Translations under genes and position numbers: made by a program | From: Theionarchaea archaeon | Lineage (GTDB): Archaea > Methanobacteriota_B > Thermococci > Methanofastidiosales > SZ-28-30 | DNA: 64,000 nucleotides | Assembly (NCBI GenBank): GCA_018992685.1 | Contig: JACVGT010000018.1 | Coordinates: 160,001-224,000 of the forward strand | Direction of reading: 5' to 3' | Shown here: piece by piece, positions 37,589 through 47,436 of the stretch | How the letters are laid out: every line of letters starts with the position of its first letter | How positions within the stretch are numbered: position 1 is the first letter of the stretch | Notes under the pieces: generated by a model | What the model was told of the DNA's origin: nothing | The model's database searches: none | What the model saw: the letters and a program-made list of their open reading frames with translations, nothing else

Positions 37589-37753
37589 ATGAGAAGTAGT
37601 AGACCTCGCGGTCGTAGAAACTACGGGCCACGAGAAATGCATAAGGCAGTTTGTAGTGAGTGCGGTCAGGAGTGTGAAGTTCCTTTCAAGCCCACAGATG
37701 GCCGGCCGGTATACTGCAAGGAATGCTATATGAAAAGGAAGAAGGGTTACTGA
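37589..37753 (+). CDS. CxxC-x17-CxxC zinc-ribbon protein, 54 aa (absent from ORF track)
   Basis: MRSSRPRGRRNYGPREMHKAVCSECGQECEVPFKPTDGRPVYCKECYMKRKKGY*; AGGAGG SD; TTTATAA TATA at ~37498. Confidence 0.92.
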   Translation: MRSSRPRGRRNYGPREMHKAVCSECGQECEVPFKPTDGRPVYCKECYMKRKKGY

Positions 37754-37810
37754 TTCTTTGAAATATAGTGGAAGAATAGACTTTATTTTTTGTTCCTTTA
37801 TTATTTTTTT

Positions 37811-39451
37811 TCATTGATTGACCTTGAATATGATGATATCTTCATTCTGGTAGACTATGGTAAACCACTCGGTGAAAAACTTATCGGGGGGGATTTCCAA
37901 TCCCCATTTCTCTTTCTGGAGATACGTGCCGAAATAACCAGTTGCTTCCAGGTTTCTCGAGTAGAATACATGCGTGATTCTATACCGTCTGATAATCTGT
38001 AGAGCTTCTTCCACGTCTTCTGTCGTATATAAAGTGTAGATATCATCCTGAACCTGTCCCGGTGCCTGTATATACGGGTAGTCCACATTTCGTAAGGGGA
38101 ACAGGCCTCCCAGTAAAGCTTTCCCTCCACATACACCAGCAATCATCTGGGCTCTGTAATAGTCTGCTACAATCAATGCATCCTCTGAGGAATTCCCCCT
38201 GAACCATACAGCGGCATCATACTCGGGCCGTGTGATTCCAGCATTGATCAGATCAAATGTAATGTCATACATCCACAAATTGAGAGCAAGTAACAGGAGG
38301 ACCCCTGAGAATACCACCTTGGCAGAGATTCTCTGGGTCAGCTTCCACACCAGGACCCCGCCTGCAATACTCACCGGCTGAGCGAGAAAACAGTAAAACC
38401 TGAACCCTTCCAATGGTTTGGCCAGTGTTTCCCAGGAAAGTTCAACGTGCCCAATCAGCTGAAGAATTGTCTCGTTCTGAGTTTCCAGAAAGAGGGGGAG
38501 AATCCACAGTCCCAGCAGAGCAAAATACCTGTCACGTTTCACAGCCAGATACACCAGCCCAACAGCACCCAAGAGCGCAGGAACAGCACCGAATTCAAGA
38601 AAGTGCTTCAACGGCGTATAGTATCCCGATGAGGATGTGAGCCCTTTGATCCACCACCAGTACAAATCCCTTGGGTACCACCACCAGAATGCCACCATTT
38701 GTGAGAGTCCGACAAGAACAACAAAGGCAATCAAGGGCCTCCTGATACTGTTTTGGGTAGCAAAGTATACGAGAACCATGAACAGCACCAGGATAAGGAC
38801 GAAATAGGAAAGATGAAAGAGAAAGGCGACACCCAGCAGAGTCCCCATGATGACCAGAGAGGTATTCCCATACTCTCCTTTAGCATACTTGATGAACCAC
38901 AAAATATACAGTGGAATGAGGAATAGCACGAATGATTGAGGGTCAGCTATCCCTGTCCAGTAGATGAAGCTGGAAGTAGCTGCCAGAATGACGGTGGAAT
39001 AGATAGCAATGTGCTGGCGGTACAAATATCGAGCCAGAACATATATGGACAGAGGGGACAGAGCCTCGAAAAAGGGAATTACCCGAGTGACAACTTCCGG
39101 GATAGTGAGAGTGGTAACCTTGGAGAGAGCTGCGAGAACCGCAACAGAGAGTGGTGGATACCACATGGGCACAAACCCGTAAGGGAGATATCTGATATCT
39201 GGCTCTGGAAGCCGCCCATGATCAAAGATGTGCTGGGCCATGCAAATTCGGTACCATACATCACCCTGAAAGGCAGGTAAGTGAGGATCTACCGCCAGTT
39301 TGGGCCCCAGTCTGATGGCTACACTAAAGAGGTAGATGGAAATGAGAAAGTACACTTCCCAGCGCTTCAGGTTCCACGTCATATGTTTTCTATGCTTCCT
39401 GTTATTAAACATTGCTGTCCCGCTGAGTCCTCGTGGCTGGATATGACCCAC
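37811..39451 (-). CDS. GT-C fold membrane glycosyltransferase, AglB/STT3-like architecture (true start probably 39412 or 39382)
   Basis: First-loop GDVWY and YPPL, many TM helices, soluble C-terminal AAVWFRGNS.EDA.IVADY and IIRRYRITHV. Confidence 0.7.
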   Translation of the reverse strand: MGHIQPRGLSGTAMFNNRKHRKHMTWNLKRWEVYFLISIYLFSVAIRLGPKLAVDPHLPAFQGDVWYRICMAQHIFDHGRLPEPDIRYLPYGFVPMWYPPLSVAVLAALSKVTTLTIPEVVTRVIPFFEALSPLSIYVLARYLYRQHIAIYSTVILAATSSFIYWTGIADPQSFVLFLIPLYILWFIKYAKGEYGNTSLVIMGTLLGVAFLFHLSYFVLILVLFMVLVYFATQNSIRRPLIAFVVLVGLSQMVAFWWWYPRDLYWWWIKGLTSSSGYYTPLKHFLEFGAVPALLGAVGLVYLAVKRDRYFALLGLWILPLFLETQNETILQLIGHVELSWETLAKPLEGFRFYCFLAQPVSIAGGVLVWKLTQRISAKVVFSGVLLLLALNLWMYDITFDLINAGITRPEYDAAVWFRGNSSEDALIVADYYRAQMIAGVCGGKALLGGLFPLRNVDYPYIQAPGQVQDDIYTLYTTEDVEEALQIIRRYRITHVFYSRNLEATGYFGTYLQKEKWGLEIPPDKFFTEWFTIVYQNEDIIIFKVNQ

Positions 39452-39711
39452 GTATTAAGTCACTCCTGCAGTACCTGTCACTAATGAGACCCTCACACGT
39501 GAAGAGGATCAAGAATCTTGTAGAAAGGATACCCATACTCCTCAAAAAATGACGTCATCGGCTCTTATGTCCTTCCCTATTGATTGTGTCAGGAATTTCA
39601 AAGAAAGAACACATTCATACAAGAATTCAGTGAAGTGGATATGATTCTCCAAGCATTTCGCTTTCCGAAAACCATTTAATACCCCCATCCTCATACTACT
39701 GTGGTGATTAT

Positions 39712-41526
39712 ATGCACGGATGGAATGGAAAGATCCTGCGAGTGAACCTAAACGAAAAAACATCTGCGGTTCAGTCCTATGATAGAGATTTCGCTCTCAA
39801 CTATCTGGGAGGTCGAGGATTTGCCATCAAGATACTTTGGGATGAACTCCCTGCAGGCACTGATCCTCTCTCTCCCCGGAACAAGCTGATTTTTACAACA
39901 GGCCCTCTGACCGGGCTCCCTGTAGCCAGCAGCGGCAAGATTGTGGTGGCGGCCAAGAGCCCTCTGACCAATGGATACGGTGATGGTAACCTGGGGTCAC
40001 GAGCTGCAGTCACATTGAGAAAGGCAGGGTACGAAGTCCTCGTAGTGGAGGGAAAAGCAGATTCTCCAGTCTACATCCTGATTGAAGATGATTCTGTTGA
40101 AATAAAGGATGCAAAAGACCTGTGGGGAAGAGGAACGTTTGATGTAGAGGATGACCTTACCAGAACCCATGGGAAAAGTGCAGGGGTCTTGCTCATCGGC
40201 CAGGCAGGGGAGAATCTGGTGAAATTCGCTCCTGTCATGTCACAGAAGGGAAGAGCAGGCGGTCGTCCTGGAATGGGTGCAGTCATGGGTTCAAAGAACT
40301 TGAAAGCAGTGGTCATCAGAGGAACGAAAGATATCCCTCTTGCAGATCCTGAGAGCCTTAAAGAACTTGGAAGAGATGCATATAAAGACATCAGAGAGAA
40401 GGAAAGCTATGACTTCTGGATTCGGCAGGGCACCATGCAAGCTTTGGAATGGGCTAACGAGAGCAGCTGCCTCCCAAGCTACAACTTCAAGGAGGGAGTC
40501 TTTGATGAAGCAAAAGGCATTGATGGGTACAAAGTAGAGGAACTGAAGGTGGATAGACGGGGATGCCCCAACTGCAACATGCAGTGCGGTAATGTCATCA
40601 AGGACATAGAGGGTCAGGAGGCGGAACTGGACTACGAGAATGTCGGATTGCTGGGCTCCAACATCGGAATTGGAAAATTGAAAGAGGTTGCCCTCCTAAA
40701 CAGACTGGCAGATGACTGGGGAATTGACACTATATCTGCTGGAAACATCATCGGCTTTGTCATGGAGGCCTCAGAAAAGAACCTACTATCAGAGACCTAC
40801 AGGTGGGGTTCAGTAGATGATGCGCGCTCTCTCTTGGAAGCTATAGCATTCAGAAAAGGATTTGGAAAGACCCTGGCTGAGGGTGTGAAACATACCGCAG
40901 CCACTATTGGAAAGGGCAGTGAGAAATGGGCGATTCAGTGCAAGGGGCTTGAGTGTTCTGCATATGACTGTCATGCAGCACCTGGGATGGCTCTGGCCTT
41001 TGCCACCTCCAGTATTGGTGCTCACCACAAGGATGCATGGTTGATCTCCTGGGAGATAGCAACGGATCGGTCTGGATACAACAGGGAAAAAGTGGCAAAG
41101 CTCATCGAACTGCAACAGCTGAGAGGAGGAGTCTTTGAAGGGTTGGTGGCCTGCAGGCTGCCCTGGATTGAAGTTGGGTTTGCTCTTGATTGGTACCCCA
41201 AGTTCCTGAAGGCAGCTACTGGAGAGAATCTCTCCCTGGATCAGTTGAAAACCGCAGGTGATCGCATCTTTGCATTGATAAGATGCTTCTGGAAGCGGGA
41301 AAATCCGGATTTTGGGCGTTCCTGGGACATGCCGCCTGAACGGTGGTTTACTGAACCATTAACCAAGGGACCCATGAAAGGTACAAAAGTGGACCGCGAA
41401 GGGTATACAAGGATGCAGAACTGGTATTATGAGATAAGGGGATGGGACAGTAACGGAATTCCCACCAGGAAGACGCTGGAATCGCTGGGGTTGGCCTATG
41501 CGGCCGAGGCTTTGCACATTGCATGA
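39712..41526 (+). CDS. aor: Second tungsten AOR-family oxidoreductase
   Basis: GGRPGMGAVMGSKNLKA, CPNCNMQC, ELDYEN and DDWGIDTIS. Confidence 0.93.
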   Translation: MHGWNGKILRVNLNEKTSAVQSYDRDFALNYLGGRGFAIKILWDELPAGTDPLSPRNKLIFTTGPLTGLPVASSGKIVVAAKSPLTNGYGDGNLGSRAAVTLRKAGYEVLVVEGKADSPVYILIEDDSVEIKDAKDLWGRGTFDVEDDLTRTHGKSAGVLLIGQAGENLVKFAPVMSQKGRAGGRPGMGAVMGSKNLKAVVIRGTKDIPLADPESLKELGRDAYKDIREKESYDFWIRQGTMQALEWANESSCLPSYNFKEGVFDEAKGIDGYKVEELKVDRRGCPNCNMQCGNVIKDIEGQEAELDYENVGLLGSNIGIGKLKEVALLNRLADDWGIDTISAGNIIGFVMEASEKNLLSETYRWGSVDDARSLLEAIAFRKGFGKTLAEGVKHTAATIGKGSEKWAIQCKGLECSAYDCHAAPGMALAFATSSIGAHHKDAWLISWEIATDRSGYNREKVAKLIELQQLRGGVFEGLVACRLPWIEVGFALDWYPKFLKAATGENLSLDQLKTAGDRIFALIRCFWKRENPDFGRSWDMPPERWFTEPLTKGPMKGTKVDREGYTRMQNWYYEIRGWDSNGIPTRKTLESLGLAYAAEALHIA

Positions 41527-41738
41527 AAGTGAAATTTCTGGGCTGGATCTCCTCACTGGCAGGAAGAAGAGAAATGCAGGTTGATCTAGACAATCCTGTC
41601 AAGTTAGGAGAAATTCTACCCTTTTCTTTACAGGGGAGGAGTATTATAATCATTGTGAACAATGAACCTGGTTCAGGAGAGACCGTAGTAAAGAATTCAG
41701 ACCAGGTTACACTCATGCCTGTGATTTCTGGGGGGTAG
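41523..41738 (+). CDS. MoaD/ThiS/SAMP ubiquitin-like protein
   Basis: Beta-grasp size, C-terminal ISGG, translationally coupled to the AOR gene. Confidence 0.88.
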   Translation: MKVKFLGWISSLAGRREMQVDLDNPVKLGEILPFSLQGRSIIIIVNNEPGSGETVVKNSDQVTLMPVISGG

Positions 41739-41964
41739 GGGTCTTTCATTGTGCAGGTGTATCAAAGTGAATGGTGAGGTACTGATGGGGATTTACATGT
41801 GAAGAGAATTGTCTGAATACTGAATTCTGTCTTTCAGAAAAGACAACCCCCTTGTGGCAGGGCAAAGAGCTTCTTTTGAACCCCATAATGCAAAACCCAT
41901 TATCCTAGTATACCCCTGGAGTCATAATGAAAATCTTTTTAAATGAGAAGTCTCCACCTCTGGC

Positions 41965-42717
41965 ATGAAATGGTTACTTCCACTGTTACTCTTCATCTTA
42001 CTCTTGGGACCAGTGAAGGTGGTGGTGATCTCAAACTCCATTGATTACTCACCAGAACTCATCCAGTACATCAGTCAGGAATTTCAGACGATATCCATTA
42101 CTGCTGACCAGTTCCCTAATTATCAGAACTACCAGTACTTTGTGATACTGGGAGGGCCAGATGCTCCCGAGGGTATTGGGGAGCTTGTGAGTACCATTTT
42201 GTCACTCCGCGAACAGGAATATCTTCGAACTACAGAAGAATATAATTTGTTTATCAGGGTGAAGGACGGAAAGACTTTCTTTGTCCTGGCAGGATCAGAT
42301 CGGGAGCAGACAAGGCTGGCGGTGGACACTCTGAAAGATGATGTGTTGACATATATACCAAAGCAGCCCATCCAGTGGATGGATGACTACGAGGCTGCAC
42401 TGGAGAAGGCCCAAGCGGAGAATAAGCTGATTTATATAGACTTCTATACAACATGGTGTAAATACTGTACACAAATGGACGAAGAGACCTACAGTGAAAT
42501 TCGTATCATCAAACTGCTCACGGAAGACTTCGTAGCCGTTCGATTGAACAGGGAAGATCCAGAGAATGAGGATATTGTCTCGTTGTACAGAATTTTCGGT
42601 CAGCCAGTCGAGATTGTAATTAATGCTCAAGGTGAAATTGTCTGGACTCATCAGGGCTTTCTGGATGCACCTGAGTTATACTATTACTTGACTACCATTC
42701 TCTCTGAAACGCAATAA
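41965..42717 (+). CDS. Exported thioredoxin-like protein with an N-terminal surface-type domain
   Basis: Signal peptide; VILGGPDA..LAGSDRE.T domain; IYIDFYTTWCKYC. Confidence 0.8.
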   Translation: MKWLLPLLLFILLLGPVKVVVISNSIDYSPELIQYISQEFQTISITADQFPNYQNYQYFVILGGPDAPEGIGELVSTILSLREQEYLRTTEEYNLFIRVKDGKTFFVLAGSDREQTRLAVDTLKDDVLTYIPKQPIQWMDDYEAALEKAQAENKLIYIDFYTTWCKYCTQMDEETYSEIRIIKLLTEDFVAVRLNREDPENEDIVSLYRIFGQPVEIVINAQGEIVWTHQGFLDAPELYYYLTTILSETQ

Positions 42718-42817
42718 AGTCCAACAGGGGATTTCAGGATTTATCCACCGAATTTCAATTGAATGAACCAAGGTTGAGTTTTCTCAACCACGTCCAGCTG
42801 ACCTTCTGGGAAACCAT

Positions 42818-43945
42818 TCATGTCTTACCGTCCAATTCATTCATCAACTCCCTGATGAATTCTGCCTTTGCCCTCATGGTGAACTCTTCTGTAATCAAAT
42901 AGGCCCTCTCAAGAACGTTGAGGATTTCAGAGAAGCCCGCGGACTCAGTATCTTCAGGAGTACGATCCTGCATTCTATGCAGCAGGTCTTCTATCTTGCT
43001 TCGGGTTGTTGACGCATACGCAAATCCACGATCATAGTAATTCAGAATCAATTCCGCAAGCGACACAGCTGGCCTGTACATCTTTGTGCGAGAGCCGGAA
43101 ACCTTCTCAACCACAATGAACCCTTCTTCAACTGCAACAGACAGCATATCTGATATAGTACTCTGGGGAAGCTGGGTCGACTCCTGTAGTGCTTTCTGCG
43201 TTGTGGTCTTCTCGATAATCACATCATGTACGACGATTAGCAGGTCTGCTGCACTTTGAGCGTAGAGGGGATTGAGACCTGTCTTGATTCCCCTGAAGTA
43301 CTCTCTCTTTAGTTCAATGTAGTGAAGAGGTGGCTTGCCCTCTGTAGATCTATCTTCTGTTCCAGAAAGATCTTCTGAACCCTTTAGACGACGGAGGAAA
43401 CCAATTACTTCGTTGGAGTTGAGAGCTGTAACCTCCGGAATGTTCAGACCGGCGAATGAACCAGACTGGAGAACTTTCTTGAATGTTATAAGGTTACTTT
43501 TTCGGACAGAATGCATGATCTTCAAGTAGAGCTGCAATTCTTCAAGATACTGAAGGAGTCTACGGTATGAAACATGCTTTAGTACCTTCTTTTCTGCTTT
43601 CTTCTGAATGGTGCGAATCATCTCTGGATTGATGTCTGGTATATCTGTCCTCCTGCTAAGTATGTCCACAAGAAACTGCTCTGGATCTTTCTCGTACGTG
43701 TAATAATGCTTTCGGTCACCCATGATCTTGAGCGTTCGTACTGGTAATGTCAACTGGATTTTCTGAAGAGCAAGGGAAACAGATGCCCGTGAGTATCGCG
43801 TCAGCTCCATGATTCTTTCCTGAGTAGTGGGTCCATCTTCTACAAGGAGTGCTGTCAAACATCCAAAGAAATTGTGATGATATCGTCTTCCATGGGCCTT
43901 TTCCATATACTGGACTAGCTCTCTCTTGAAGTCATCTCCTGTCAT
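42818..43945 (-). CDS. Tandem-duplicated GbsR/MarR-type HTH regulator
   Basis: Two copies of the TTQ..(I/L).E.T....(S/T)(V/I)S..L....G.R..Y pattern. Confidence 0.75.
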   Translation of the reverse strand: MTGDDFKRELVQYMEKAHGRRYHHNFFGCLTALLVEDGPTTQERIMELTRYSRASVSLALQKIQLTLPVRTLKIMGDRKHYYTYEKDPEQFLVDILSRRTDIPDINPEMIRTIQKKAEKKVLKHVSYRRLLQYLEELQLYLKIMHSVRKSNLITFKKVLQSGSFAGLNIPEVTALNSNEVIGFLRRLKGSEDLSGTEDRSTEGKPPLHYIELKREYFRGIKTGLNPLYAQSAADLLIVVHDVIIEKTTTQKALQESTQLPQSTISDMLSVAVEEGFIVVEKVSGSRTKMYRPAVSLAELILNYYDRGFAYASTTRSKIEDLLHRMQDRTPEDTESAGFSEILNVLERAYLITEEFTMRAKAEFIRELMNELDGKT

Positions 43946-44002
43946 CTCGCATCACTGAGTCCTTTTTCCGGTCGCATGATACGCGCAACTATATGCGCTT
44001 GT

Positions 44003-44033
44003 TATTTCGAAACTTTTAAAAACTTTCGAAATA
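44003..44033. promoter_or_regulatory. Palindromic operator enclosing a TATA-like box between divergent genes
   Basis: TATTTCGAAA-CTTTTAAAAAC-TTTCGAAATA: perfect 10-bp inverted repeat with 11-bp spacer. Confidence 0.7.
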
Positions 44034-44044
44034 TAATTCTTCTC

Positions 44045-45448
44045 ATGGCCATGACACATCGTGTAGGAGAAATCAACTCTTTTCGACGGGCTGTAACACC
44101 GCAGGAACGAAGATTCGTTATGGCTCCCACATCTCACATCTCGCTGGGAGTCAAAGTAAAGGGGAACTTATCAAAAGAGTCATTGCGAGATGCCGTAGAC
44201 AAGATGCTGGTCACCTATCCTCTATTCGGTGTACGAATTCTATGGGATTATGAGATAACACAGTCTACAACGGAAGATGCTGCTGAGGTACCTGTGAAGG
44301 TATACAGAAGAGAATCAGAAACCAGTTGGCTGGAGGCATTGAACAAGGAACACTCAATCCCCATCAAACCCTCCAGTGGCCCTCTTACTCGCATCATTCT
44401 GGTGAAGGGCCCAGATGTATCAGAACTATTCATCTTCTGCCATCATTCCATTTGTGATGGGAGATCTCTGGAGTTTGCTCTTCGAGAGATACTCCTTCAT
44501 CTGAGAGATCCTGGCAGAGTTCCTCATCTACTTCCTGAGGTACCGCCACAGACTCCTGAGATATTTCCGGAAGGTGTTTCCAGGAGCAGACTCAAATTAT
44601 GGTTCATCGAACGACTCAACAAGAAGTGGCTCAAAGAGAAGGTACTGTTTGATGAAGAGGATCTGTTGAATGTATGGGAGTCATTTTGGAAGAACTCTAG
44701 CTATGGTGTTGAACTTGTCACCCTTGATGCGCGTGAAACACAGAACCTCGTGGAGGCATGTAGAGCTAATAGTGTAACAGTCAATTCAGCGTTGCTTGTT
44801 GCATTTGTTAGGGCACGATGGGAAGCTTTGGGACCCTACAAGGACACGGTGAAAATCGGTACTGCAGTTGATACTCGTGACCGACTTCGCATTACAGTTG
44901 GAGATGCAGTTGGTCTCTATGCAGGTGGAATATCTCTTGCATTCAAGTACAGAAGCGATCGTCCTTTCTGGGAGAATGTCCAAGAATACCATAAGGAGGT
45001 CAAGAGACATCTGAAGGACAACAATGTGTTTGGTCCCATATACGACCAAATCGCATTAGACCCGACGTTGCTCGATGCCTTGCTCTTTGCCATGATTGGA
45101 GATCAGGTGGAACCTCATCAGAGTCGATACAAGAAAATATCGGAGTTCGCCAAGCGTCAAAAAGGTCTCGTGGCAGAATATCTCGACAAGTTTTCAAGCA
45201 ACATACCGGATGTCATGAGCACCAACCTTGGTGTATTGAATCTACCTGATGAGATTCATGGGTTGGAGATAGAAGAAGCATTTTTCACACCCTCCTCTGG
45301 CTTGAAGATGGAAATCGTCCTGGGTGTTGCTACAGCTGGAGGTTGTCTTACTGTATCTTTGAACTATCATGATGCATATGTCGACGGTGAAAAGATCAGG
45401 CGCGTTCGTGATAGGGCTGAAGAGATATTGAAGACCATACTCCCTTAG
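44045..45448 (+). CDS. Standalone condensation-domain / alcohol O-acyltransferase (CAT fold)
   Basis: HHSICDG (HHxxxDG), CRANSVTVNSAL, AVDTRDRL and STNLG; ATG about 25 nt after the TATA suggests a leaderless mRNA. Confidence 0.85.
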   Translation: MAMTHRVGEINSFRRAVTPQERRFVMAPTSHISLGVKVKGNLSKESLRDAVDKMLVTYPLFGVRILWDYEITQSTTEDAAEVPVKVYRRESETSWLEALNKEHSIPIKPSSGPLTRIILVKGPDVSELFIFCHHSICDGRSLEFALREILLHLRDPGRVPHLLPEVPPQTPEIFPEGVSRSRLKLWFIERLNKKWLKEKVLFDEEDLLNVWESFWKNSSYGVELVTLDARETQNLVEACRANSVTVNSALLVAFVRARWEALGPYKDTVKIGTAVDTRDRLRITVGDAVGLYAGGISLAFKYRSDRPFWENVQEYHKEVKRHLKDNNVFGPIYDQIALDPTLLDALLFAMIGDQVEPHQSRYKKISEFAKRQKGLVAEYLDKFSSNIPDVMSTNLGVLNLPDEIHGLEIEEAFFTPSSGLKMEIVLGVATAGGCLTVSLNYHDAYVDGEKIRRVRDRAEEILKTILP

Positions 45449-45670
45449 AAGTCGTACTGAGAAGACAAAAGATCATTCTTTTGCCTCGATTCTCATTTCG
45501 AAATGCTAATGCTGTTCCTGGCCCTGCACTCATGTCACTGAACATTAATCGTCTGACTAAGTGTTGAAGAGTAGCTTCAGAACCCAATGTTCTCACTACT
45601 CAGATGAAAACTGACTAACGCCTGCGATGAGGCACAGAAAAACTTAAGAAGGGTACTGCCATCACAGCGT

Positions 45671-46627
45671 GTGGACGCCATCACCTGTGAGCATGTGGAT
45701 AGAATTTTCGAAAGCAAAAATAGAATGGTGAAAGCACTCAATGATGTGACAATTACTGTGAAGAAGGGAGAACTCTTTGGGCTACTCGGTCCAAATGGGG
45801 CTGGGAAGACTACCCTCATCAAAATTTTGACTACACTACTCCTCCCTACATCAGGAGAAGCCCACGTTTATGGCTATGATGTCACCAAAGATGAAACCAA
45901 GATCAGACCCATTATCAACATGGTGTCAGGTGGGGAATTTTCTGGCTACGGACTACTAACCGTCCATGAAAATCTCTGGATGTTCTCTCAATTCTACGGA
46001 ATACCTGGAAAAGAAGCCAACAAGAGAATCGAAACCCTCATGGAACGGTTAGGAATAGTACATATGGGGGACAGAAAAATTAGAACATTATCCACTGGGG
46101 AAAGGCAGAAAGTAAGCATCATTAGAGCATTCATGACAGATCCACGGGTAGTTTTCCTGGATGAACCCACGTTGGGACTGGATGTGGAAACTGCCCGGCT
46201 GATCCGACGGTTCATTCAAGAATGGCTGGCACAAGACTCTCAGAGAACCGTCCTTCTGACTACTCACTATATGATGGAAGCAGATGAACTCTGCAGCAGG
46301 ATTGCCATCATTAATGAAGGGAAGATTGTGGCTCTGGACACTCCTGGAAACCTAAAGAACATGGTAAAAAAGGAAATCTCCCTGAACATAGAGGTCTTCC
46401 CAGAAATTAGAGTGGACTGGCTCAATACCCTAGAAGGTGTCATGGGATTCAATTCCAGGGATGCTGGAGGGAATCTCAATCTGAGGGTTGTGGTTGATAA
46501 CGATGCTACTGTGGGGGAAGTTCTCGCAGGTATTAGCCAGCGTGGAGGAAAGATCAGCTATTTAAACAAAGAAGAACCTACTCTCGAAGACGTCTTCCTC
46601 AAATTAACAGGGAGAGGACTGGAATGA
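45671..46627 (+). CDS. ABC-2 type exporter ATP-binding subunit
   Basis: GPNGAGKT, LSTGE, FLDEPT and TTHYM. Confidence 0.95.
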   Translation: MDAITCEHVDRIFESKNRMVKALNDVTITVKKGELFGLLGPNGAGKTTLIKILTTLLLPTSGEAHVYGYDVTKDETKIRPIINMVSGGEFSGYGLLTVHENLWMFSQFYGIPGKEANKRIETLMERLGIVHMGDRKIRTLSTGERQKVSIIRAFMTDPRVVFLDEPTLGLDVETARLIRRFIQEWLAQDSQRTVLLTTHYMMEADELCSRIAIINEGKIVALDTPGNLKNMVKKEISLNIEVFPEIRVDWLNTLEGVMGFNSRDAGGNLNLRVVVDNDATVGEVLAGISQRGGKISYLNKEEPTLEDVFLKLTGRGLE

Positions 46628-47436
46628 ATGTCATGCTCAATCTCCGGGCTCTCAAGGGGAGAGCCTACCCACGAATGATTGGCGCAGTACGAGAACCCTC
46701 CTGGATGTTCTGGGATACATTCTTACCCATTCTCAGTATGGCCGCCTACATATACGTATATCGAAGCCTTGATGCCCCAAAGGAATTTGAAGGATTCGTG
46801 GTTTTAGGCGGAGTCATGACCACCTACTGGATGAACGTCTTGTGGGGAATGGCCTCCCAACTGTACTGGGAGAAAGAGACTGCAAACCTCCAGTTGTACC
46901 TGGCAGCTCCCATGTCAAAAATGTCGATTCTGGCTGGAATGGCTCTGGGTGGCATGTTTTCCACCAGCGTCCGCTGCATCAGCATAATTCTGATAGGCAT
47001 AGTAATTTTCAAGGTGGAATTTGTTGTCACCAGTGTAGGACTACTTCTCGGGATATTCGGTGTTACCCTAGTAGCTCTCTACGGGATGGGTATGGTGTTT
47101 GCCTCTCTCTTTCTCATGTGGGGGCGAGAAGCGTGGCATCTGAATATGATTATGGAGGAACCCATATACTTTCTCTCTGGCTACTCATTCCCGGTGAAGG
47201 CTCTGGGATCACTTTCAGCCTTTGCTACCGTGATACCCTTCACCCTGGGATTGGACGCCATGAGACAGTTGACCTTCCCGAGCATGGCTGCCCAGTGGGG
47301 ATTGGTGTCCCCTCACCTGGAGCTGGGAATATTACTGGTCATGAGCATTACTTTGTTGTACGTTGCCAGGCTCTCATTGGATCGCATGGAACGTATGGGG
47401 AGATCAAAAGGGACACTCACCATGAGGTGGCAGTAA
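46624..47436 (+). CDS. ABC-2 type permease
   Basis: About six TM segments, EKETANLQ..LAAP and LSGYSFPV. Confidence 0.9.
   Translation: MNVMLNLRALKGRAYPRMIGAVREPSWMFWDTFLPILSMAAYIYVYRSLDAPKEFEGFVVLGGVMTTYWMNVLWGMASQLYWEKETANLQLYLAAPMSKMSILAGMALGGMFSTSVRCISIILIGIVIFKVEFVVTSVGLLLGIFGVTLVALYGMGMVFASLFLMWGREAWHLNMIMEEPIYFLSGYSFPVKALGSLSAFATVIPFTLGLDAMRQLTFPSMAAQWGLVSPHLELGILLVMSITLLYVARLSLDRMERMGRSKGTLTMRWQ

Noticed and set aside
46842-47435. Long N-terminal extension of the second ABC permease in the ORF track
   Set aside because: It is an off-frame overlap with the first permease; the real start is the coupled ATG at 47436.
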